Source: a virus
Lineage: Duplodnaviria > Caudoviricetes
Strand: one strand, 5' to 3'
Virus record (IMG/VR): IMGVR_UViG_3300027844_000688
Coordinates: 1 to 61,145 of that record
DNA length: 61,145 nt
The notes beneath the pieces were generated by a model that ran no database searches, was not told the DNA's origin, and worked only from the letters and a program-made list of their open reading frames with translations. Numbering within the stretch: position 1 is the first letter of the stretch; each line of letters starts with the position of its first letter. Position numbers and translations under genes: made by a program. Below, piece by piece: positions 8,382 to 17,767 of the stretch.

Positions 8382-11300
8382 TTTCTTGTGCCTCCTAAAC
8401 CGGGTCGGGCCAGATTGTTCGTCTCTATCACGCAAAGGCCCTTCAGATACAGGAAGCCCTCTGCTTATATCACCAAGGTTATAGAGGAAAGATTGGGATG
8501 ACTTGTTTGCCAAAGATACTGCCCTGGTCAGCGAGGCTTCTTTGGCCTGTTCCAAGATTCGCCTCACTTGCTCGGGCTCAAGTGTCCCGTCTTCCACAAG
8601 TTTCGCCAGGGCTTGCCTGAAACTTTCAGGGACTTCTTTGCCCCCTGAAAGTTTGGAATGTTCGTCTGCGAGAGCCTTATGGACCGCTTCTGTGTGTTGA
8701 GAAACAGCCTTCTGGACCTCTTCATCGGTCCCCTCTGGAGGGGTCTTCAACTTGCCTATCGAGGCAAATGCCTCGACCACGGCGGTACTGGAATGAACCC
8801 GGGCCACCGCATCATCGATCTGGTCACGTTTCTCTGACGGAGAGAGATCGGCCCACTTCTTCTTGTCCTTCTGTTCCTTCTTCTTGTCCTTCTGTTCCTT
8901 CTTCTGCTTCTTCTTCCGTTCGTCTTCCTTGCCCTTACCTGACAGAGCCTTGGCGAGCATGGGGCCTTTAGTAGAGAAGTCGTGAGAAGCGTTCCGGCGC
9001 ATCCAGTCTTCCAAGAACGCTCTACCATCCCCCGTCATGGAGGAACTCTTGCTGTCCAGAGCCTTCGCCATGTCACCGTAAGGAGATTTATCGCCTCCGG
9101 TTACGGCCACGATATCGGTAGGGCTCATATCAGCGAGGGCTTCGTCGTAGATCCGTTTGGATTCATCGCTGCCGGGATCGTCAGCGATCTTTAGGACATC
9201 CCCCATCTTCCCCTGGCTCTGAAGGGATTTGATCATCTGGAGCACACCCGCTGATGGGGCGTCCCCGGTATTCCCAAAGGAATCGGGCTGGTCATTGAGC
9301 AATCGGGCAGTAGCGAGAGAGTTCCGTACAGCCTTGACTTGCTTGTACTCCGCAGACCTCTTTTCGTCCTTGAGAGTCCCGTCTACATTGGTCAGTGAAG
9401 AAATCCGGTCATTGAGCTTGTGGAGGATTTCCTCTTGCTCCTTCTCCTTCATGGAGCCGAACTGGACGACGGCGATGTTAGCCCTCTCACCCAGCTTCTC
9501 TGGGGTGGCTTGATCAGCGTCGTTCTTGATCTTGGAGCCACCAGACCACATCGGATTGAACGTGACCTGCTGGGCGATCTGGGAGTAAGCGATGGATTCT
9601 GCGAGTTCCTCGACCGAAACCCGCTTCTCCGCTTTGGCGAGCCTTGCCTTTGCAGCCCCCAGACTCCCCTCGACCCCCTGGACCTGCTCTTCTAACTTGG
9701 CCTTCTGCTCTTCCTTCTCTTCTGGTGACCCCTCACCGGACTCCAACGCTTTGAGTTGCTCCCCCAAGTCCTTCAGATTTCTCTCGGATTCCTTGACCTG
9801 GGACTGGGCTGCCGAGAGCTTCTCGAAGGGTTCAGTGTCCACACCACTCCGAGATGCCCTGGACTTATCCAATACCCAATCGGGGGTCTTACCCCCAACA
9901 GCCATCACATCAATAGCCTTGTTGATATGCCCCTGGACAGATTCGGACAACTCCAGTTGTTGGTCTTGGTCCAACAGCGCCATCGCATCTGCAATAGACT
10001 TCTTGGTTTCCCACATCGGCGAAGCGGAAGCCATCTGGCCTTCAAGCCGATTGACCGTCTTTGTGATCTTGTCTGCATCAGCTTTTAGCTTCTTGATCCT
10101 GCTCTCGTCCCGGGCTTTCTGGGTCTCACCTGCCCGAAACAACCCACCTTCGAGATCCTCCATCTCTGCAAGAAGTTCAGCCCGTTCTTGGTAAAGCGAA
10201 CCGAGTTCTTCCTCGGTCTCTTGCAGATCTTCGCTGCCATCGCCCATCTCTACATCAAAGGCATCTGCAATCGTGGCCTCCAACGCTTCGACGGCCTTTT
10301 CGATTCTTTTGGTCTTGTCTTCGGGGGACTCTTCCTTGGGAGTCTCCGAACCTTCACCCTCGTCCTTACCCTCGTCCTTACCCTCGTCCTCGTCTGTCCC
10401 TGGATCGTCCCCTGCAAGCCACGCCTCGGCGTCTTCTTTGGTCTTGAACTTCTGCTGTAAGGGCAGACCATCCTTATCCATCAAAGACTTGTGCTTGGCC
10501 TTGAAAGGCTTGCCACCCTTCTCTTTGGTCTCCCAAAGATCTCCTGGTTTCCGTTCCACGGCTTCCAAGTACCGAGAGGCAACTCGGTCAAGGGACTCTT
10601 CGTAAATGGTGTCCTTTAGATCAAAGGTGTCCTGCTGCTTGTTGGACACGAACCCGACTCGGGCCTTCAGCTTCTTCTTGCCCTTGGCAGGGGTGACACC
10701 CTTCGCCAAGAGATCGTTCGAGTACACGGGACTGGTCCCATCGGTCGCCACCGTGATGTGTGCAATCTTGTTGCTGCTCGTCACCCCGGCAACCTTGACC
10801 TTGACGGTTTGGCACTTCTCATCTGCCGCCCAACCGACGATCTCCAAAGGAGCAGAATCGCCCATAGGTAGCGCCTTGACCTCTTCTGGGCTGGGCTTGA
10901 ACTTGATCGTCATATGGTGGGCGAACCGCTTGGAAAGAAGGGGGATACCCGTCTCTTTCTCCCACCACCGGAACAACGCAGAGGGGTCGTCGAGAATGAC
11001 TGCTGTAAAGAGAGCCTTTGGCTTCTTGGCGGCAATCCTCTTGTAGTTCAGCGACAAGTCACGGTCTCCTTCCTGGCCCTGCGTCTCGATATCTGGATCA
11101 TCGACATCAAGTCGGCGCTTACGGAGATCGTACCGTGGGGGCTTCTTTTTTGGGTTGGGCTGGGACATATCTTCGATAGCTTCGTCCTCCTTCTCGGAAG
11201 GAGCCTTGGTAGCCACCCTTGTGGCCTCCCAACGAACCGCATGAATCGCTGCCCTTTCGCTGGTGTGCTTCTCAATAGAGAACCCCTCGCCCAAGGTCGA

Positions 11301-12284
11301 ATACCAGCCATGCCCGAACAAATAGACATAGCCTTTGGGGTCGAAGCTGCGAAACCCGACCGGGCTGCCCTTCATTTCCTCCACACCCCAATCGAACACT
11401 GCCTTCACAATGGTCGATTTGGAGAGAAGACCTCGGAGCCATCGTAAAAGCCCCGCCTCTCGATCCAGGGCGGCCTTCTTGACGGACATATCCTCGATGA
11501 CCGTGCCGTCCTTCATATAAGCATCCTCCAAGCCTGGGACCAAATACTGATCCTTCAGCATCGAAGAGGTATGCCCCACGGTCTTGGAGACCTCTTCCAA
11601 GACCTTCTTGAACTCATCTTTGAGGATTGCATCACGCTCTTTCCGGTCTACCGGAAGCTCCGGTCCGTCCTTACGAACGGCTTTCAGCGCATCCTGCATC
11701 TCACGATTAGCGTGGAACCCCCGAAGGTCTTTGGCGGTCACATCGTATTGATCGAGGTATTCGTTCACCTCTTTACCGTCGATCTTCTTCTCGATGCCCT
11801 CCCCCTGGAAAGCCAGAATGGAGTCCTCGGATTGCTTGTCTTTGACGGCCTCTTCCAAGGCTTTCACGACGTACTCGTTCTCGACGGTCTTATCGTGCTT
11901 GACCCCCGACTTACCTGTGTACTTGAGGCGAGCCTTGCCCCCTTCAAACGACACATGCCGCTTCTCCAAACAGGTCACCCCATAGTGGCCGTCCTCGGCA
12001 GACGAGGTGTTCCCGACCCGCTCGTAGGTTTCGTTGATTAGGGCAATCGCCAGGGCAGTCAATCGGGTCTCATCATCCTTGGATTGGAGGTCTTTCTTGA
12101 CCTTCGCTCGGAGATCGGAGATCGACGATTGGAGCTTGTCCAACCGCTCCGCTTTCTCTTCATGTCGCTGCTGGACCTGACGGGGGCCATACTCGTAGTG
12201 GGTATTCCCCTCTTCGTCTTCCGTCTTGGACTTGTACTTACCTTCCAAGTACCGGGCAGCGACTATGTTGGACAATGGGATCAT
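7506..12284 (-). CDS. Multidomain protein: type IB DNA topoisomerase + 2H phosphoesterase + coiled coil + C-terminal head-type domain
   Basis: TopIB catalytic residues in ERVGN, GKSGVKH, KDLRG and GHT....KDQYL. Two HxT motifs (HHMTI, AHITV). Long helical region follows. Confidence 0.8.
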   Translation of the reverse strand: MIPLSNIVAARYLEGKYKSKTEDEEGNTHYEYGPRQVQQRHEEKAERLDKLQSSISDLRAKVKKDLQSKDDETRLTALAIALINETYERVGNTSSAEDGHYGVTCLEKRHVSFEGGKARLKYTGKSGVKHDKTVENEYVVKALEEAVKDKQSEDSILAFQGEGIEKKIDGKEVNEYLDQYDVTAKDLRGFHANREMQDALKAVRKDGPELPVDRKERDAILKDEFKKVLEEVSKTVGHTSSMLKDQYLVPGLEDAYMKDGTVIEDMSVKKAALDREAGLLRWLRGLLSKSTIVKAVFDWGVEEMKGSPVGFRSFDPKGYVYLFGHGWYSTLGEGFSIEKHTSERAAIHAVRWEATRVATKAPSEKEDEAIEDMSQPNPKKKPPRYDLRKRRLDVDDPDIETQGQEGDRDLSLNYKRIAAKKPKALFTAVILDDPSALFRWWEKETGIPLLSKRFAHHMTIKFKPSPEEVKALPMGDSAPLEIVGWAADEKCQTVKVKVAGVTSSNKIAHITVATDGTSPVYSNDLLAKGVTPAKGKKKLKARVGFVSNKQQDTFDLKDTIYEESLDRVASRYLEAVERKPGDLWETKEKGGKPFKAKHKSLMDKDGLPLQQKFKTKEDAEAWLAGDDPGTDEDEGKDEGKDEGEGSETPKEESPEDKTKRIEKAVEALEATIADAFDVEMGDGSEDLQETEEELGSLYQERAELLAEMEDLEGGLFRAGETQKARDESRIKKLKADADKITKTVNRLEGQMASASPMWETKKSIADAMALLDQDQQLELSESVQGHINKAIDVMAVGGKTPDWVLDKSRASRSGVDTEPFEKLSAAQSQVKESERNLKDLGEQLKALESGEGSPEEKEEQKAKLEEQVQGVEGSLGAAKARLAKAEKRVSVEELAESIAYSQIAQQVTFNPMWSGGSKIKNDADQATPEKLGERANIAVVQFGSMKEKEQEEILHKLNDRISSLTNVDGTLKDEKRSAEYKQVKAVRNSLATARLLNDQPDSFGNTGDAPSAGVLQMIKSLQSQGKMGDVLKIADDPGSDESKRIYDEALADMSPTDIVAVTGGDKSPYGDMAKALDSKSSSMTGDGRAFLEDWMRRNASHDFSTKGPMLAKALSGKGKEDERKKKQKKEQKDKKKEQKDKKKWADLSPSEKRDQIDDAVARVHSSTAVVEAFASIGKLKTPPEGTDEEVQKAVSQHTEAVHKALADEHSKLSGGKEVPESFRQALAKLVEDGTLEPEQVRRILEQAKEASLTRAVSLANKSSQSFLYNLGDISRGLPVSEGPLRDRDEQSGPTRFRRHKKMATLTPHGAKQVSQTLDRIATLFETEARALGVPTHVATDFSYRCDLLSDHVERQAGADRTALDELDVVKEEGFDPDDIGREVAGPAEGDGDEGAYMDGHFTQQSNRELRGEQEEGDLASASTESRGAEPGKQASRVVQLAKQAHDEQVMELGRLRDHLKLCAAKLAAAGVEGVGGISSAADTLVSTVDKIRDSLISAGAAGEDGLSLESLAASDRVVGAVSEVVPYLQGLCDSMTGAGDSSPTAQLRLEEMISGSAERMEKLVSLADDIVNDAASSIGKKAAVQHGFDLTA
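8481..8494 (-). promoter_or_regulatory. Putative internal late-promoter motif (AATCTTTCCTCTAT-N12-ATAAG)
   Basis: Loose copy of the motif, ~100 nt upstream of the internal RBS/ATG. Confidence 0.45.
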
Positions 12285-12307
12285 TGAACCTCCATGAAAA
12301 GGAGGCG

Positions 12308-12321
12308 ATAGAGCGATTACC
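12308..12321 (-). promoter_or_regulatory. Putative phage late-promoter motif (GGTAATCGCTCTAT-N12-ATGG)
   Basis: Fills the short gap between the portal stop and the GGAGG RBS of the 1592-aa gene. Confidence 0.55.
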
Positions 12322-12323
12322 CG

Positions 12324-14021
12324 TTAGAAGCGGTCATCGCCTTCCGCTGGTGGTTCATAGTTCAACCCGAGCTTTTCGGCGATTAGCTGGACGACTTCAG
12401 TATTTTCCAGGATCTTATCTGCGGCACTGGAGTAAACCGAACGCATCATCTCATTATACATGGGATCGTTGATGGACCAGAGGTCACGTTCCAGCTTCAT
12501 GCGTGTGCTGACCGGATCGATATTCAAGAGTTCCAAGATCACGTCAACATCCAAACTGCCCTTCTGATACAGATTGAACAACGCATCGAACGTCTCACTA
12601 TTGTCTCGCAGTCCAAGACGGGTGAAGCTCAACTTCGGATAGATGATCTGCTCACCAAGTAGTTCATCCTCTTCGATGAACCCCATGCGGCGGCACATCG
12701 GCTTGAAGATGTATTCGTCAACGAAATCTTGAAGAATCTCCCGCAGGAGCATGTATCGAGTGTTGATGACTTCCAGATTGATCCGGTCGCCCGAGTAGGA
12801 AGACTCCCCTGAAAGGAGGCTCTCCGTGACCCCAAGACCCGAATACATCTGCCGGTCGGTCAGATCGTACTCGCTTGAAAGCTCCAGCAGACGGTTGGTG
12901 TTTCCCCCACCCATCTCTTCCCAAGTGACTTGGAAGTTAGTGACGATGGTGTAGTCAGGGTCTTGAAGACACAGATCGATCTGGTCACGCAGTTCCTCGG
13001 TATCCGCCGCATCCATGTCCTCTGCATAAACCAACCGATACGGGGTCATGTGCCTGGAGGCGATGCTGGTCTGGGCCTGTCGGAGTTTATCTCGATAGAC
13101 CAACACCCGAATGCACCGTTCAAGGATTGAGTGCCCTCGGGGCTCGTACTGGGACTTCTTCCGACTCATGTAGTACACGAACGACCCTGCATCGGGGTCC
13201 GTGTTCAAGGGGATGTTGCGGCCTTCTTGGATCGCCTCCACAACATCTCTCGGCATCGAGTTCACGATCCGTTGGGCCTGGACATCCCCCTGGTTTGCCT
13301 TCTGAACGATGTCCTTGGTCTTGGAGTCTGGGATTAGCTCAATGATCTTCTCGCTGGTGAACGGGAAGCTCTCCATGTGAATCTGCTCTGGGGGCAAAAC
13401 CCGCACCGCAGACCACCCATGAAAGTTCCGCTGCATCCAACGGACCTCACGCTCATCGGCATCCTCACGCTCATGGTAAGTCTCGGTCACTTCCCCATCC
13501 TCGGTCAGTTCCCGTCTGGCTTCCTCCCGAATGTCTTGGGGCATGTCCTCGGAGATGTCCTCAACGAAGATGAAGACCTCTCCAAGCAAGTAGTAGTCAT
13601 GGACAATCTCGATGAGCCTATGGAGCAGACCTTCTTTCTTGCTCCACCGCTCACAGAAATCGAGGGCTTGTTGGGCCAAAGTACGGTCTTCAGCTTTTGG
13701 CATCCCCAAACGAATCTTGGAAAGGGGAAGCTCCGTATGAAGATCGATAGCCTGCCCAACGAAGGGATCTGTCTGGTAGAAGAACCGATAGTAGTTCCGC
13801 TGCTCATCAAGAGACTGCGGAAGCTCCAAAAAGTCTGTTGAAAGCTCGGGGGAATAGAAGTTCCCCCCAGAGCCTCCGGTCGTCCCACCGCCTGTGAAGG
13901 CCACCCTCGAACGCATCGCAGACGTGACCACCACCTTGCGTGGTTTGCCAGTAGTCACCTTCGGTCTGGCTGGGGCCTTCCCTACAACCTTCGTGTCATT
14001 GGGGTTGTTCATCTTTGCCAT
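12324..14021 (-). CDS. Portal protein
   Basis: 565 aa near TerL. FYQTDPFVGQAIDLH, YYLLGEVF, RGHSILERC and GLGVTESLLSGE resemble portal helices. Confidence 0.8.
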   Translation of the reverse strand: MAKMNNPNDTKVVGKAPARPKVTTGKPRKVVVTSAMRSRVAFTGGGTTGGSGGNFYSPELSTDFLELPQSLDEQRNYYRFFYQTDPFVGQAIDLHTELPLSKIRLGMPKAEDRTLAQQALDFCERWSKKEGLLHRLIEIVHDYYLLGEVFIFVEDISEDMPQDIREEARRELTEDGEVTETYHEREDADEREVRWMQRNFHGWSAVRVLPPEQIHMESFPFTSEKIIELIPDSKTKDIVQKANQGDVQAQRIVNSMPRDVVEAIQEGRNIPLNTDPDAGSFVYYMSRKKSQYEPRGHSILERCIRVLVYRDKLRQAQTSIASRHMTPYRLVYAEDMDAADTEELRDQIDLCLQDPDYTIVTNFQVTWEEMGGGNTNRLLELSSEYDLTDRQMYSGLGVTESLLSGESSYSGDRINLEVINTRYMLLREILQDFVDEYIFKPMCRRMGFIEEDELLGEQIIYPKLSFTRLGLRDNSETFDALFNLYQKGSLDVDVILELLNIDPVSTRMKLERDLWSINDPMYNEMMRSVYSSAADKILENTEVVQLIAEKLGLNYEPPAEGDDRF

Positions 14022-14350
14022 CAGTTATCACCAGTCACCGGTCGTTCGAGAGATACTACCGGCGTCTTTTCTACCACGGGTGGTTCTATCATCAGATCGG
14101 GATCTTCAGTGTTGGTGTGAGAACCCAACACTCGGATGGAATCGAGGGCTCCCAACGCTCTGTCGGTATCCCGGATAGTGCGCTTGATCCGTGTCCTCTC
14201 CAAACCAAAAGCGGCCTTCTTCTCCAGAGAACGACAGGTATCCAGCACCGCCAACAAGGATTTATGAGCCGTGCGGATCTTTGCGTGGATCTCCCTGTCT
14301 TCTGGAGACGTAAGCGTGCTACTGATTCGTTTGAGGTATCGTGACATCAA
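14021..14350 (-). CDS. Hypothetical protein
   Basis: 109-aa ORF translationally coupled to its neighbours. Confidence 0.6.
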   Translation of the reverse strand: MMSRYLKRISSTLTSPEDREIHAKIRTAHKSLLAVLDTCRSLEKKAAFGLERTRIKRTIRDTDRALGALDSIRVLGSHTNTEDPDLMIEPPVVEKTPVVSLERPVTGDN

Positions 14351-14619
14351 CCTACCTTACCCTTGCCAGTCCACTTTTCTTTATTAGTGAGGAAGCCTTT
14401 TTTGTAAGCCATCTTCACGATTCTCTTGAGTAGGTCAGTATCCGCCGGAGACCCCTTGAAGATTCCCTCCCACGTTCCACCGATCTTCACAAACGCATCC
14501 GAGATGCGGTCAAACTCGCTGGGCTGGGAATAGACTTTCCCCTTGTAAAGCATATTGACGATCTTCTGAATGAAACGATGGTCTGCTCTAATGGGAGAAA
14601 TGGGGGATAACGTAGCCAT
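14347..14619 (-). CDS. Hypothetical protein
   Basis: 90-aa ORF with stop/start overlaps to TerL and the next gene. Confidence 0.65.
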   Translation of the reverse strand: MATLSPISPIRADHRFIQKIVNMLYKGKVYSQPSEFDRISDAFVKIGGTWEGIFKGSPADTDLLKRIVKMAYKKGFLTNKEKWTGKGKVG

Positions 14620-16457
14620 TATCGAACCTTCTTCGGCCCTTTGAGCCGATCTATTTGCCTGGATTCGTGGCTGCCGCTCCGCATGAGCTTCCTCCGCAAG
14701 TGGGTCGGTTGGTTTCTGGGGATGGCATTACCACGCCCTCCTTTAGCAAAGTAAATAGGCTTTCCAAGCTGTTGACTGGCAAGCCACACCATACGAACAA
14801 GTGCATCACTCATATCATCGTGCTTACCCCTGACGTTAGGGGCCTCAACAGTCGTCAGGTACTTGGAGTGTTGCTTCGCTTGAAGCTCTAACAACTCTGT
14901 GAGGTAGGGGCAGTGTTCTTGGCCGTCTGGGATTGGGTGGTCATACAGGACCAACCGCTTATCCCACATCATGTCCTTGAAGGTCTTGAAAATCTCGGAG
15001 ACCAAGTTCTTCGTCATGTGCCTGGACTCCATCTGGCGCAGCCCTCTCTTCGCCAGGGCTTGCTCCAACGGGATTCCAGCCCACTGATCGAAGACGCCCT
15101 CGGTGATAAAGAACTTCTTGCCCAGATCCGCAATCCAATCCGCGACATCCTCGAACTCCAAGCGGTCTTGATCCTTGTACTTTCCAACACCCGCTCTGAT
15201 CTGCTCGATGTAATCGAGAACGACTACTGAACCTCTCTCCTTATCTGCCTCGATATGACCAATGGCAACGGCAGTGCCGTCCCCGGCCAACCCAAGGTCG
15301 AGCCCAAGAAAGTGTGGGGACCGTGCTTTCGCTCCTGTACGGGGCCTACGATCTGGATCAACGCAGGCCATCAAGTCTTCCTTGCGTTCAATCCATCCAC
15401 GGGTTCTGTCCGTGAACTCCCCGCCGTACTCCGTAAAGAAGACAATCGGGTCTTTCTGGTAGTGCTTCTCGAACTCGCTTGCAGGGACGGTGGGGTTCAC
15501 CTCCCAGGTTGGGGCCTGGATCGCCAGCATGTTCTTGCTCGCTGGACCCCCAGACATAGCGATCTGGAACAACTTGTAGAACTGTCCTTGTCGTCCCAAG
15601 GGGGATGAGATGGAGATGATTCGACCCTCAACCGGACCAATCGGTATTCGAGCATCGTCTGGGTCTTTGGGGGAGAACGCCGATGTCGAAGGCGTCACAG
15701 CATTGTAGACTTCTTCAGCCCCCGACTGACCTTTGTCAGTGAAGTGGGCCATCTCATCGAGAATCACGACCAAGTTACCCGCACCACGAAGACCCTTCGC
15801 CACGCAAGATCTGAAGGTAATCTTCAGAGTCGCCTTGGCCGTTGGATCATTGTCGTATGAACCGTACTTCTCGATGTCCGAAGGGGTCTGAAACCGGGCA
15901 TAGGACATCGTGTTGTTCGCCGTGTAGGGCGAGAAGAATGCACAGTTCCGGTAATGCCCCGACACCTCTTGATAGAGCAGACCAGCTTGGTCCTTGTCCG
16001 TAGCGACCGAGATAATCTGAATGTTGTTCCCAGAAGGCAGACCGTAATATCCCTGCGGATTCCCCTTGGAGATAAGCCTGTACGTCTCGTAGGCGGCGAT
16101 ACAAGCAGAGATAGCTGTCTTGCCTGACCGTCGTCCGATGGAGAGAATCATCTCTCGGCGTTCCTCACCAGGAATGATCTCTTGGACGTTACAGCGGCCC
16201 TCTTCATAGAGCTTCCGAAGATAGCCCGCCTCGGTCATGTACTGGTAGTCGTCCCGCCGCCAGTCTGAAACAGGGACGTTCTTGTCGATGTCATTGAGGG
16301 GTATCCCGTAGTGAGCCTTCAGAATGATCTTCTGGACGGGAAAGAGCTTCATAGCGAGACCCCAATCGGCCTCGATGAACTCAATGATGTCGGCTGCTTC
16401 CGTGTCGTTGTCGGTAGGAGACCTCCCAATCGTAGATGCAATAGTCGAGAGGCTCAT
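14619..16457 (-). CDS. terL: Terminase large subunit
   Basis: Walker A GRRSGKT, Walker B VVILDEMAHF, coupling motif ISSP, RNase-H-like nuclease LGLDLG...HDDMSDA. Confidence 0.92.
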   Translation of the reverse strand: MSLSTIASTIGRSPTDNDTEAADIIEFIEADWGLAMKLFPVQKIILKAHYGIPLNDIDKNVPVSDWRRDDYQYMTEAGYLRKLYEEGRCNVQEIIPGEERREMILSIGRRSGKTAISACIAAYETYRLISKGNPQGYYGLPSGNNIQIISVATDKDQAGLLYQEVSGHYRNCAFFSPYTANNTMSYARFQTPSDIEKYGSYDNDPTAKATLKITFRSCVAKGLRGAGNLVVILDEMAHFTDKGQSGAEEVYNAVTPSTSAFSPKDPDDARIPIGPVEGRIISISSPLGRQGQFYKLFQIAMSGGPASKNMLAIQAPTWEVNPTVPASEFEKHYQKDPIVFFTEYGGEFTDRTRGWIERKEDLMACVDPDRRPRTGAKARSPHFLGLDLGLAGDGTAVAIGHIEADKERGSVVVLDYIEQIRAGVGKYKDQDRLEFEDVADWIADLGKKFFITEGVFDQWAGIPLEQALAKRGLRQMESRHMTKNLVSEIFKTFKDMMWDKRLVLYDHPIPDGQEHCPYLTELLELQAKQHSKYLTTVEAPNVRGKHDDMSDALVRMVWLASQQLGKPIYFAKGGRGNAIPRNQPTHLRRKLMRSGSHESRQIDRLKGPKKVR

Positions 16458-17131
16458 CAGTCCCTCTTCATACGATTCTTCGCTTCATCTTCCCATTCAT
16501 CAGCAAGACGTTGGGCGAGCTTGGCGAACACCGTCTCGATCATCTCGGGTCGCAGCCCTGTATCAGACAGGGCACCTCGGAAGGTTTCCATGATGAACGA
16601 AAACAACTTCTTGAACGAGGCAGATTCCAGATCAACGGCGGTATGAGAAAGCTGATCCTTCCGCTTGAGCCATGTGTCCCCGATAGCTTTCAGCGCACTG
16701 ACACGCCGCATGGAGATGTGGCTCGTCTCCTTGCCCTCACGTTCAGCAGAGGTACGCTCGAACGAAAGGGAGGCTGCTTCATCGGCGAGTCCAACGAGAA
16801 CATGATCCAACACCTCGCCGGACGAGGGCTTGCCCTTGGCCGTCCGAAGAATCGCATCGCTTTCCAACACCACTTGCTTCTGACGGACATGCTCGGCAAC
16901 AGAGTCGTTGACGGGTTTGAGTGGAGGGGCTGCCTTGCGACCCGGCTTACCCTTCATCACGTAGGGGAGTCCGTCCCCCTTCAGAATGACTATATCTTTG
17001 TCATGGAGATCGTCTTTGTCCCGCCATTTATTGTGGCCGAACTCATCCTTGACCTTGACCCGAGTGACCTCTGGGTCGAGTGCATCAATGATGTCTTGTC
17101 TCTCACCGTGTGTTTGCTTGGGCACTGGCAC
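16457..17131 (-). CDS. Putative terminase small subunit
   Basis: Helical 224-aa ORF coupled directly upstream of TerL. Assignment by position only. Confidence 0.45.
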   Translation of the reverse strand: MPVPKQTHGERQDIIDALDPEVTRVKVKDEFGHNKWRDKDDLHDKDIVILKGDGLPYVMKGKPGRKAAPPLKPVNDSVAEHVRQKQVVLESDAILRTAKGKPSSGEVLDHVLVGLADEAASLSFERTSAEREGKETSHISMRRVSALKAIGDTWLKRKDQLSHTAVDLESASFKKLFSFIMETFRGALSDTGLRPEMIETVFAKLAQRLADEWEDEAKNRMKRD

Positions 17132-17209
17132 CTCCTACTGATTCTACCGTCAACTTGGAAGTGCCTGCTCCTATCTGCTGAACGGTTATTTTCTATTCAT
17201 ATCTGTATA

Positions 17210-17767
17210 TCAGCCCGCCATCGTGTGAGACGGTGCGCCAATAGTAGTACCCGTCAGGGTCAGATACCCGTCAGTAGGGCTCAAAGTAAAGTTCGTTGCT
17301 GTGGCCTTTTCAACCTTGTCGAAGACGGTCCGAGAGGGGCCAGATGGTCCAGTCACAGTCACCGTGTCCACGCCATCAGTCGCCGCACTAAACCCTGGAA
17401 GGTTATTGATCGCAGCCACGATGTTAGCTGCGATGTCTGCGGCTACCTCACTGTCAGCAGTGAAATGATGATCTGCGATCAAGACATGCTCTCCGATATG
17501 AAGCTCCGACCGGCTAACCGAAGTCGCACCGAGAAGACCTGTCTCGAAATCGTTGCTGGCTACCGTGATGGTGCCCGTGGCTCCAGAGACGCTTCCCGTG
17601 ATCAGAGCGTTGACGTGCCTACCACCACCCGTGGAGATCTGCTGCTGTGTGACCGCACGGCGGTCCACAGTGGAGTTGATACCCTGGCTCGGGTCAGAGG
17701 GTGAGCTAATACCGGCTACAAGCGTCTTGAAGGACTTTCCGGCTCGTACATTGGATGGCTTCTTCAT
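17210..17767 (-). CDS. Putative virion structural protein
   Basis: T/G/A-rich. IAANIVAAIN....SA.....TVTVT resembles sheath/fibre insertion domains. Confidence 0.55.
   Translation of the reverse strand: MKKPSNVRAGKSFKTLVAGISSPSDPSQGINSTVDRRAVTQQQISTGGGRHVNALITGSVSGATGTITVASNDFETGLLGATSVSRSELHIGEHVLIADHHFTADSEVAADIAANIVAAINNLPGFSAATDGVDTVTVTGPSGPSRTVFDKVEKATATNFTLSPTDGYLTLTGTTIGAPSHTMAG

Noticed and set aside
17183-17213. Plus-strand late-motif-like sequence CGGTTATTTTCTAT-N12-ATCAG
   Set aside because: Off-consensus spacing and it points antisense with no downstream gene. It may just be AT-rich intergenic DNA.
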